Under the pieces are notes generated by a model. It saw only the letters and a list, made by a program, of their open reading frames with translations. It was not told where the DNA came from and searched no databases. Made by a program: the position numbers and the translations under genes. From a virus: a DNA stretch of 41,333 nucleotides. The stretch lies in the IMG/VR virus record IMGVR_UViG_3300003322_000573, positions 1 through 41,333 of that record; one strand, written 5' to 3'. This document shows, one piece after another, positions 17,701 through 23,339 of this stretch (the first letter of the stretch is position 1; every line of letters starts with the position of its first letter).

Positions 17701-18762
17701 TCCATTAACTTTACGCGACGTGGAGAAATATCTACCTTTATGAAGATATTTAACCCCTACTTTAACGCAAGCATACAGGGTTCTGCACGCCTAGCGAGGA
17801 GTTTTAAAGAGCGGCCTGTTGGAACGAGCCTGAAAATAGGCGCTACGATATTAACTCCCGTGGCGGCATCTACCTACTATAACCTGAGCGACCCGGATAG
17901 GGCGGCGGTTTATGCGAACATTTCGGACGCTGAGAGAAAAGGAAACTTGATTATGGTGCTTGGTAGTGGAAGAGGTTACATAAAAGTCCCACTCCCCGCC
18001 GGTATGAAGGAATTTGCCAACCCTGTAAGAGACTTCATCGAATCGGAATACCTGGGCGATAGGCAAAGCTTACTTGAAACCGCAAAAAATATATTCGTTG
18101 ACGCCTTCAGCCCGGTAGGAACTACTGGAAGTGAAGTGCTTTCTAACCTTACGCCACAGGCTATAAAGCCTCTTGTTGAGCTATCAATGAACAAGAACTT
18201 GTATAGCGGCAAAGAGGTCGTGCCCGAAAACCTAAAAGGCTCGGCGCCTGAAGACCAGGTATTCGACAGCACGCCGCAAGTATACAGGGATATAGCCAAG
18301 GTATTTGGCATATCGCCGCTGCAGGTTCAGAAGGTAGTACAAGGCTACACTGCGAGCGCCGGTGAAGGCGCATTAGTGTCGGCTGACCTGGCAAGAGGCG
18401 CCGAAACTGGCGGCAGATCGACGCCAGAGCAACTGGCAAGTAGGTTCTTCCAGCCAGAAGTTCAGGGACAGGGCAGAGTAAGCAGTAAGTTTTACGAGAG
18501 CTACAACCCGCTAAAAGCGCAGAAAGAGAACATCACCCAGAAGATAACGACGGCTGTTAAGGATGGTGACCTAGACAAAGCAAACGAACTCGCAAGAAAT
18601 ATAAACAGCAGGATTGATGCCGAAAAAGAGAAGCTTAATACTACCTACGGAAAATTTGAGGTAGATTTAACCGATTTGTTCGACAGACTGGATAGCCTAA
18701 AAATCCCTATGGACGGGGAGAGCTTATCGGCACGAAGCATTCAGAGCCGTAAGAAACAGTAG
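14767..18762 (+). CDS. Very large virion protein (1331 aa), T7 gp15/gp16-like position (ejection / internal core candidate)
   Basis: AGGAG RBS. G/S-rich N-terminus, a Gly/Ala-rich hydrophobic stretch (GAALGGVAGGVVPALG) and long helical regions. No enzymatic motif recognised. Confidence 0.65.
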   Translation: MAFDWSAAGRSFAKSSGNSSSDSSGDGYSGGSKWEKLGASYAKSSAGYEEEKKKRDQEEKLKRQKADAVKQSQQNANDILGNIGKFVGGVAEGIAAPFKRVGEGTAEVINELTGGAQRERDVQAAAQQQTVDLIKSLGQKMRSAKTDEEKNRYREAIKRISKIDDEQYKRFQERQSQIVERTDPIKGAAAVGELGLNVLTGGTVGAVARGAGTLAKTTNVAQKLLTPTGVKQGIVSGAIQGASYGALGTAEQQGGKATVGDYAKNVAAGAALGGVAGGVVPALGKGLPTITSTKLGQKAAETKVGQKITNLKDNFVAKVVDDTNMIKKQFKGAVNPSTGQKITDEIEGLVTNVRQFAALSQSRLENNQAFQSLKPLISGDKKRYEDFGRFINEKQQAINLQKVGRGEGVTVPTGTPEQEKAYQLLNQATKDDIQYLFDNGKITQEQYDKWINDPDYTRVQKEVLDDQGRQYGKSGLVSGSSVTQQKLKGSNKKSVDPFAAYEDWSRQVTLEVEKNTLAKYLRDQMLERGITKPIRVADKVIERTHLYGEAAQLRPLRNRLARLVKTQGKYVNTIERELNALNEEGLNLALSKQAPAALEQPTKVLTVKKVAPLIKDKAPKVLDDIKTSNNVKAKLVKEYGSGVDGVKNMALDIHYGGYSKLQKLTGITKASARSIAEQILKKPTTRAGKTILSENTVGRRPTVQQAVDRLLNSDPAQLKVVRKKIANREPKLAQAIDEINAIKDEYDTVRTEVSNLVKRARQLSDIDPRGENTLKVFENGVRELYTIDPAAAKQLSGVADLELKAIADWALLPSRILRGGATSLNPAFAIPNFIKDQVSSAVLSKNALATHNPISFIAGIKEAIAKPTLKATVGRIPGAKEVAGKLWEPSETYKLWASRNANITRADLSRNLKQATRQSLEDLGVKNESFLRKYENVISASEKATRYQNFLGTYKNALKKGKSPEVAIDMANQAARENSINFTRRGEISTFMKIFNPYFNASIQGSARLARSFKERPVGTSLKIGATILTPVAASTYYNLSDPDRAAVYANISDAERKGNLIMVLGSGRGYIKVPLPAGMKEFANPVRDFIESEYLGDRQSLLETAKNIFVDAFSPVGTTGSEVLSNLTPQAIKPLVELSMNKNLYSGKEVVPENLKGSAPEDQVFDSTPQVYRDIAKVFGISPLQVQKVVQGYTASAGEGALVSADLARGAETGGRSTPEQLASRFFQPEVQGQGRVSSKFYESYNPLKAQKENITQKITTAVKDGDLDKANELARNINSRIDAEKEKLNTTYGKFEVDLTDLFDRLDSLKIPMDGESLSARSIQSRKKQ

Positions 18763-18978
18763 CTATTTACATTCCACGTAGAAGCCAAGCCCCCACCATG
18801 GCGTGGAGCATGTTTGTGAAGCCTCCACTTGGTTTCTCTGGGGTACATTATGCGGCTGTATAAGCTGAAGAGCTACTACTACGAGGAAAGCTAGCGCCAT
18901 ACCGACAAGTATTCCGTAGCCGAATACTTCGCGGTTTTCTTTTTCTAATGGGTTCTTTGGTTCCTCTATAAGAGACAT
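18763..18978 (-). CDS. Reverse-strand small membrane protein (71 aa); moron candidate
   Basis: TM segment GYGILVGMALAFLVVVALQLI. Has its own consensus promoter. Its stop abuts the stop of the 1331-aa gene. Confidence 0.6.
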   Translation of the reverse strand: MSLIEEPKNPLEKENREVFGYGILVGMALAFLVVVALQLIQPHNVPQRNQVEASQTCSTPWWGLGFYVECK

Positions 18979-18986
18979 AATACGAC

Positions 18987-19015
18987 ACTATAGCAGTGTG
19001 TATACGATATGTCAA
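18987..19015 (-). promoter_or_regulatory. Consensus sigma-70-type promoter: TTGACA-17 nt-TATAGT
   Basis: -35 at 19015-19010 and -10 at 18992-18987. The ATG (18978) lies 8 nt after the -10. Confidence 0.7.
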
Positions 19016-19031
19016 GCCGCTTACACCAATG

Positions 19032-19065
19032 CGCTTATTGAGGAGCATAGTTTTTTTGGTACTGT
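19032..19065 (+). promoter_or_regulatory. Motif promoter P5: CGCTTATTGAGG-16 nt-TACTGT
   Basis: -35 at 19038-43 and -10 at 19060-65. The ATG at 19072 lies 6 nt after the -10 with no SD. Confidence 0.6.
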
Positions 19066-19071
19066 GCAAGC

Positions 19072-19440
19072 ATGAAGGTAGAGAGAGGATCGTTTACCGT
19101 AAACAGCTCTAACGTTGGCATCCTGCTAAATGACGACACCATTAACGTTACGGATATATGGTTTCAGGTAGTTCACGCGTCCTCTGGTACGTCCGGGGCT
19201 TCCAGCGGGTTTTCGGACGGAACGGACGAAGAGGCGCAGTCTGTTCTTGCGTACGATTCGACGTCAGTAACGAACAGTTCTTCGAGCTATGCGATTACGC
19301 ACTACAAGAGAGTAAGCGGATCGAACGTATTGAAACTCGCAGGAAACGTGACAGATTTATCAACCCCAGGCGAGATTTACATGAGCTTTTCTACCTACGA
19401 CCCATCACTTACCGTTAAGTTTTTAGCTAAGGGAACGTAA
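19072..19440 (+). CDS. Hypothetical protein (122 aa)
   Basis: ORF track. S/T-rich. Confidence 0.7.
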   Translation: MKVERGSFTVNSSNVGILLNDDTINVTDIWFQVVHASSGTSGASSGFSDGTDEEAQSVLAYDSTSVTNSSSSYAITHYKRVSGSNVLKLAGNVTDLSTPGEIYMSFSTYDPSLTVKFLAKGT

Positions 19441-19441
19441 T

Positions 19442-19756
19442 ATGGCTGGCAGATCGCAACAGGAATCGGAACAGCCGGCCAAAGTTTACCAGTTAGATGC
19501 TGTCGACTCGAAGGTCGATACGATCAATGACAAACTGGATAAACTCCTTGAGCAGACCAGTGGCCTCGTTACTACCAGCCAGTTGTCCCACTCAGAAAAA
19601 GAGATTAAGGAGTACGTAGATGATGTGATTGACAAAGTCCACCTCGAATATCGCCCGTTTAAACGTAATGCTTCCTGGCTTGTAAAGCTCGTTATTGGAC
19701 AGATCGTAACATTGGTTATTGTCGGTATTTTTACCGTCTGGATTTTCTCGAGATGA
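19442..19756 (+). CDS. Coiled-coil protein with C-terminal TM anchor (104 aa), XhlA-like lysis accessory candidate
   Basis: Helical N-terminal part followed by WLVKLVIGQIVTLVIVGIFTVWIF. The architecture recalls XhlA of Bacillus prophage lysis cassettes (recall only). Confidence 0.45.
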   Translation: MAGRSQQESEQPAKVYQLDAVDSKVDTINDKLDKLLEQTSGLVTTSQLSHSEKEIKEYVDDVIDKVHLEYRPFKRNASWLVKLVIGQIVTLVIVGIFTVWIFSR

Positions 19757-20238
19757 ATAGGCGCAAACTACCTACAAGAATAGCAATCGTAGCCTCTGCC
19801 ATTGTCCTGATTGGGTATATTACGTACCTTCTATTTGCTCTTACTGACCCGAATAGGTTTAAGAGCACCATTGAAGAGGGCGTGAAGTCGCAGATGGATG
19901 CGATTGAGCTACCGCAGCCGAAAGATGGTAAGGACGCCTCCCTGGAACAAATACGAGCAGCCGTTAACGAATACATGCTGGCCAATAAGCCACAAGACGG
20001 TAAAGACGGTCAAAATGCGACAGACGCGCAAATACAACAGGCAGTAAACAACTACATGGCAGCGCACCCCGTAGCTGTGCCTAAAGATGGCAGGGATGGG
20101 GCTGACGGGAAAGAAGGCAAGACCCCGCAGTTACGATGCAACGTTGAAAAAAACCGCTGGGAGGTGCGCTTTGGCGAAGACCTGACATGGCAGATTTTAA
20201 ACGGTGAAAAAGTAAAGTGCACCACAGGAGGAGCATGA
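19753..20238 (+). CDS. N-terminally anchored protein with internal repeats (161 aa)
   Basis: TM segment IAIVASAIVLIGYITYLLFAL. Repeated unit P(K/Q)DGKD...(I/A)Q(A/Q)AVN(E/N)YM(L/A)A, plus PKDGRDGADGKEG. Confidence 0.65.
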   Translation: MNRRKLPTRIAIVASAIVLIGYITYLLFALTDPNRFKSTIEEGVKSQMDAIELPQPKDGKDASLEQIRAAVNEYMLANKPQDGKDGQNATDAQIQQAVNNYMAAHPVAVPKDGRDGADGKEGKTPQLRCNVEKNRWEVRFGEDLTWQILNGEKVKCTTGGA

Positions 20239-20345
20239 TGACAGAGGCAGAGAGCAATAAAGACAAAGGAGAGAATATGGAAACCGCACCAGACCTATAC
20301 GTCGCACCAGACAATACAAAAGAACCGGGCGAGGAGGATAAGTAA
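20235..20345 (+). CDS. Small acidic ORF (36 aa)
   Basis: The ATG overlaps the upstream TGA and the TAA overlaps the endolysin ATG. Fills the gap exactly. Confidence 0.35.
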   Translation: MMTEAESNKDKGENMETAPDLYVAPDNTKEPGEEDK

Positions 20346-21028
20346 TGCCAGTACGACAGAAAACCACACCAAACTTAGGAGCTCCTGCAACTCGTGGATG
20401 GTGTCTTAAATTCGTAGACGACGCCGTAAGCGCTCCAAACCGCAAACCTACGGCGCAAGCTGCATTTAATACGGAGAAAGCGAACGGTAATATCCGTGAA
20501 GGAGAACCGCCTGTTGGCGTATGGGTGCCCATCTTTTTCTCGCTTAACAAAGGGGCGTATGCAGGCCTAGGCCATGTTGCCTGGGCGTTTAACCACGGAA
20601 ATGGGTGGATTGAAATCCACGACAGTGAGACGCGACCTGGAGCCCGGGCAGTATACCGGAACATCAACGAGGTACTTGCGTGGTTTGGCAACTTTGCTCC
20701 GCAGTACCTTGGGTGGTCGTACTGGGTAGATGGTGTACAGGCCGTGGAAGACTACGTACCAGCTTCTAACATGACTGGACAGAGAGTTGCGGCAAAAGGC
20801 ACCGCTACGGTGCTTGTAGACGCCTTAAACGTACGGAATGAGCCTAATAACGAAGCGGCCATTGCGGCGGTATACGGAAAGGGGCAAACGTTCAATTACG
20901 ACAGCTATATCGTAGCCGACGGGTTCGTTTGGTTGAGCTACCTGTCGTTCAGCGGCGTACGGCGGTACATTGCCGAAGGCCCGGACGATGATAATGACAA
21001 TAACGTGTGGGTATCTGGTGGGGTATAG
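20345..21028 (+). CDS. Endolysin: CHAP/NlpC-P60-type cysteine peptidase plus SH3b-type wall-binding domain (227 aa)
   Basis: Catalytic-type Cys in TRGWCLKFVDDAV and His in GLGHVAWAF. The C-terminus GTATVLVDALNVRNEPNNEAAIAAVYGKGQTFNYDSYIVADGFVWLSY is SH3b-like. GAGGAGG RBS. Confidence 0.8.
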   Translation: MPVRQKTTPNLGAPATRGWCLKFVDDAVSAPNRKPTAQAAFNTEKANGNIREGEPPVGVWVPIFFSLNKGAYAGLGHVAWAFNHGNGWIEIHDSETRPGARAVYRNINEVLAWFGNFAPQYLGWSYWVDGVQAVEDYVPASNMTGQRVAAKGTATVLVDALNVRNEPNNEAAIAAVYGKGQTFNYDSYIVADGFVWLSYLSFSGVRRYIAEGPDDDNDNNVWVSGGV

Positions 21029-21037
21029 GAGGATCAT

Positions 21038-21199
21038 ATGAAAGATGTACTAACTTTTGCAAAGACCCGTAAGTTCTGGGTTGCCGTGGTAGGTGCGGTT
21101 GTCACCTACCTTACGGTAAAGTTTGGCCAGTCACCTGAACTAAGCCTACTGACTGGCATTTTAACAGCTCTTGGCGTGTATGGAACGCCTAACGAATAA
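21038..21199 (+). CDS. Holin-like small membrane protein (53 aa, two TM segments)
   Basis: AGGAGG RBS. FWVAVVGAVVTYLTV and LSLLTGILTALGVYG. Lies directly after the endolysin. Confidence 0.55.
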   Translation: MKDVLTFAKTRKFWVAVVGAVVTYLTVKFGQSPELSLLTGILTALGVYGTPNE

Positions 21200-21208
21200 G
21201 GAGGATAT

Positions 21209-21367
21209 ATGCTACACGTACTAATGTTTCTCATGTGGCTGTTCACGGCCTTTGCCGTTTGTCACTATTCACTTAGTAAGTTCTTCAAAAACGACCTCAT
21301 CGTATCTTTAGTATCGGCAGTATTCGCGGTACTAGTAGCTGTGTTTGCCCCTGGTTTACTACAGTAA
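21209..21367 (+). CDS. Holin-like small membrane protein (52 aa, two TM segments)
   Basis: AAGGAGG RBS. VLMFLMWLFTAFAVCHY and LIVSLVSAVFAVLVAVFAPGLL. Confidence 0.55.
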   Translation: MLHVLMFLMWLFTAFAVCHYSLSKFFKNDLIVSLVSAVFAVLVAVFAPGLLQ

Positions 21368-21380
21368 ATATAATTTAAGC

Positions 21381-21414
21381 CGCTTATTGAGGATTAGAGT
21401 TTTTATAGTAATGT
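21381..21414 (+). promoter_or_regulatory. Motif promoter P6: CGCTTATTGAGG-16 nt-TAATGT
   Basis: -35 at 21387-92 and -10 at 21409-14. No start codon follows; the predicted transcript begins at a helix (21421). Confidence 0.55.
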
Positions 21415-21888
21415 CTTAGGTAACGTTTGCTTAAATGCTTTTAGTAAACGTTAGGGCAAGAGAAAAGTCCCTTTCGGGACTAGTTGCTCAAATGCTTTAT
21501 GTTTATAACATAGCAAATGAGAACCTACTTGTCAACACTCGTGGGGAGCTGAAGACCATTACGGTGCTGATGCGAGTTAAAATAAGTGAAGCAATGAATG
21601 GCTCAAAGCTAGGCGTATGGCTGTGATACGCCCCAGTCGTTGAATGGATCAACGTATGAGAAATTAACTTCTATCATATAAAAGAAAAGTTAGGAAACTT
21701 AACAACGAACAGTAGTTACCAGGGGTACTTAAATCTGTTCAATGAGAAACCAAATTAGGGGAGTTAATAACGCGCCAGCCATTGAAAGCCGTGCAGCCGT
21801 CCACTTCAATGATTGGTGCACTTACTAACTCCCCCGGTAGTTTACGGAAAAGAAAGAGGAGTTGCTTAGAGACTTTAAAAATAGTATC

Positions 21889-21922
21889 CGCTTATTGAGG
21901 TAGGTACGTGTTGTGCTAGTAT
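21889..21922 (+). promoter_or_regulatory. Motif promoter P7: CGCTTATTGAGG-16 nt-TAGTAT
   Basis: -35 at 21895-900 and -10 at 21917-22. The predicted start (~21929) lies immediately before the terminator hairpin. The integrase gene lies beyond it. Confidence 0.5.
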
Positions 21923-21932
21923 TAGTTTTACG

Positions 21933-21964
21933 AGGCAGCAGTTCCCATATACTGCTGCCTTTTT
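21933..21964 (+). terminator. Intrinsic terminator
   Basis: AGGCAGCAG (21933-41) pairs with CTGCTGCCT (21952-60): 9 bp perfect, followed by TTTT. The T-run is on the + strand only. Confidence 0.8.
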
Positions 21965-22173
21965 AGTTATGCTTGCATATGTGGTGTGTAGCGTGTTAGA
22001 GTACCTGTACAAATTGCCGTTTTAGTCTGGGTAGGACTATAGGGAAGTCTTTTTATTAACAAGAATACACATTACATATGCAATTATTTTATTTTTATGT
22101 TCTAATATAGTAGACTGCTAGCAAAATAAATAGTTACCATATGTGAGAGGAGGGTAGAGAAAGGGATACGTGG

Positions 22174-23142
22174 GTGATTCCGAAAACACTCAATAAACAT
22201 ACCATCCCCACAATGGTGCGTGGAAACGTAAAAAGAGACACGGTTATACTTGGCGAATTACTGCTGCTTTATTTGATTGACTTACGGGACGAAGACGCTG
22301 CCGTGCATACGATTAGAAACAGAGGGTATACGCTCAGGAATTTTATAGGATATCTTCAAGATAATCACGTCTATGCCATTGATGAGCTGGAAAAATACCA
22401 TATAAAGGAATACTTGGCCTTACAAGCCCAAAAGGGCGCAAGGATGACAACCTTAAACACGGTGAGAAGGTTCATAAAGTGGTTTTTGTTATGGGTCATG
22501 GACGAACGGGTTTCGTTGTTTAATTTTGACCCGAGAGGCGTGAAAGAACTAAAGGATAAAAGCGAGGGGGACATGAATTTCGATCCTCTCACTCCCGAGA
22601 CCGTGTACAAAGTGATTGCTTCCATGACGAACGAGCAGGACAGGCTTATGACCGCCCTGATATATGAGGGAGGCCTGAGGATTAGCGAACTCGTTGGGCT
22701 GAAGGTCGAAAGGATAAACCATGACGAATTACGGGTATATGGAAAAGGAGACAAGATGCGTCCTGTTTACATTCCTGACGACTTGGCTACCCATCTGCAG
22801 AGATACATAAAAACAGCCGGATACACGAGCGGTTACGTTTTCAGGCCTGATCCACGCTTCAGTCCACAGGAATGTTACTCGATCGACACGGTACGGCAGC
22901 GTATTAAAAGATGGTTCGATGCTGCTGGGGTAGATATGTGGGTTCACCTTTTAAGGCATTCCTTCGCTATTGGCATGGTACAAAGAGGGGCGGATATTCG
23001 TAGCGTTCAGATGATGCTAGGGCACTCGGACATTAACACGACCAGACGGTACTTAAAATTCAGCGACGTATTTATTAGAGAGCAGCGTAGGAAATACCAT
23101 CACAACAAACCGATACGCATTGTGGAAAACTTGACGACGTAA
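22174..23142 (+). CDS. int: Tyrosine recombinase / phage integrase (322 aa, GTG start)
   Basis: GGLRISELVGL (Arg I), HLLRHSFAIGMVQRGADIRSVQMMLGHSDINTTRRYL (H-x-x-R, His, catalytic Tyr). N-terminal SAM-like core-binding region. Confidence 0.9.
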   Translation: MIPKTLNKHTIPTMVRGNVKRDTVILGELLLLYLIDLRDEDAAVHTIRNRGYTLRNFIGYLQDNHVYAIDELEKYHIKEYLALQAQKGARMTTLNTVRRFIKWFLLWVMDERVSLFNFDPRGVKELKDKSEGDMNFDPLTPETVYKVIASMTNEQDRLMTALIYEGGLRISELVGLKVERINHDELRVYGKGDKMRPVYIPDDLATHLQRYIKTAGYTSGYVFRPDPRFSPQECYSIDTVRQRIKRWFDAAGVDMWVHLLRHSFAIGMVQRGADIRSVQMMLGHSDINTTRRYLKFSDVFIREQRRKYHHNKPIRIVENLTT

Positions 23143-23147
23143 GCGCA

Positions 23148-23176
23148 TTGACAAGCCGCTTAATGTCTGCTAGTAT
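23148..23176 (+). promoter_or_regulatory. Sigma-70-type promoter: TTGACA-17 nt-TAGTAT
   Basis: Perfect -35 at 23148-53, 6 nt after the int stop; -10 (TANNNT) at 23171-76. AAGCCGCTTA lies in the spacer. Points toward the tRNA fragment (antisense) and the 1.4-kb non-coding block. Confidence 0.55.
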
Positions 23177-23250
23177 AAGAACATACGAAACGGAAATAAT
23201 CCGTTCAGTCGAAACGATGACAATCTTACAAGGCCACGGCCGCAAGTAAC

Positions 23251-23299
23251 CGTCTCCGGTTTTGGAGACCGGTGCTCTAGCCACCTGAGCTACACTCCT
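23251..23299 (-). tRNA. Truncated tRNA-Trp(CCA): 5' acceptor strand, D-arm, anticodon arm and variable-loop start only
   Basis: The minus strand reads AGGAGTG-TA-GCTC-AGGTGGCTA-GAGC-A-CCGGT-CTCCAAA-ACCGG-AGACG. U8, A14, G18G19, U33 and A37 are all in place, and the anticodon arm is identical to E. coli tRNA-Trp (from memory). No T-arm or 3' acceptor strand follows. Confidence 0.7.
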
Positions 23300-23310
23300 A
23301 TATAGGAAAG

Positions 23311-23339
23311 ATTATATCATATCGTTTGATAATTCGGCA
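23311..23339 (-). promoter_or_regulatory. Extended -10 promoter (TGATATAAT) driving the tRNA fragment
   Basis: TGaTATAAT on the minus strand at 23319-23311, with a weak -35 (TGCCGA) at 17 nt. The tRNA 5' end lies 11 nt after the -10. Confidence 0.55.

Larger units (their letters stand above)
21421..21964 (+). ncRNA. Candidate ~0.55-kb structured non-coding RNA (promoter P6 to intrinsic terminator)
   Basis: No credible ORF. Helices: 21421-28/21446-53 (8 bp); 21466-71/21476-81 (6 bp); 21612-18/21626-32 (7 bp); 21638-43/21649-54 (6 bp); a 77-nt irregular hairpin at 21758-21834 (9 bp + 7 bp + more). Ends at the terminator 21933-64. Confidence 0.5.

Noticed and set aside
21435-21626. A 63-aa + strand ORF downstream of promoter P6
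   Set aside because: No RBS. The ATG lies in the loop of the 21421-53 helix, 20 nt from the predicted transcript start, which fits neither the leaderless nor the SD-led pattern used elsewhere. The composition is unconvincing.
23143-23299. The idea that the tRNA-Trp is intact but interrupted by an intron, with the big non-coding block as a group I/II intron
   Set aside because: The break falls after the complete anticodon arm, not in the anticodon loop. Downstream on the tRNA strand only ~100 nt remain before the int stop, with no T-arm or CACTCCT acceptor strand. I saw no group II 5' GUGYG, domain V or RT ORF, and no clear group I P7/G-site.
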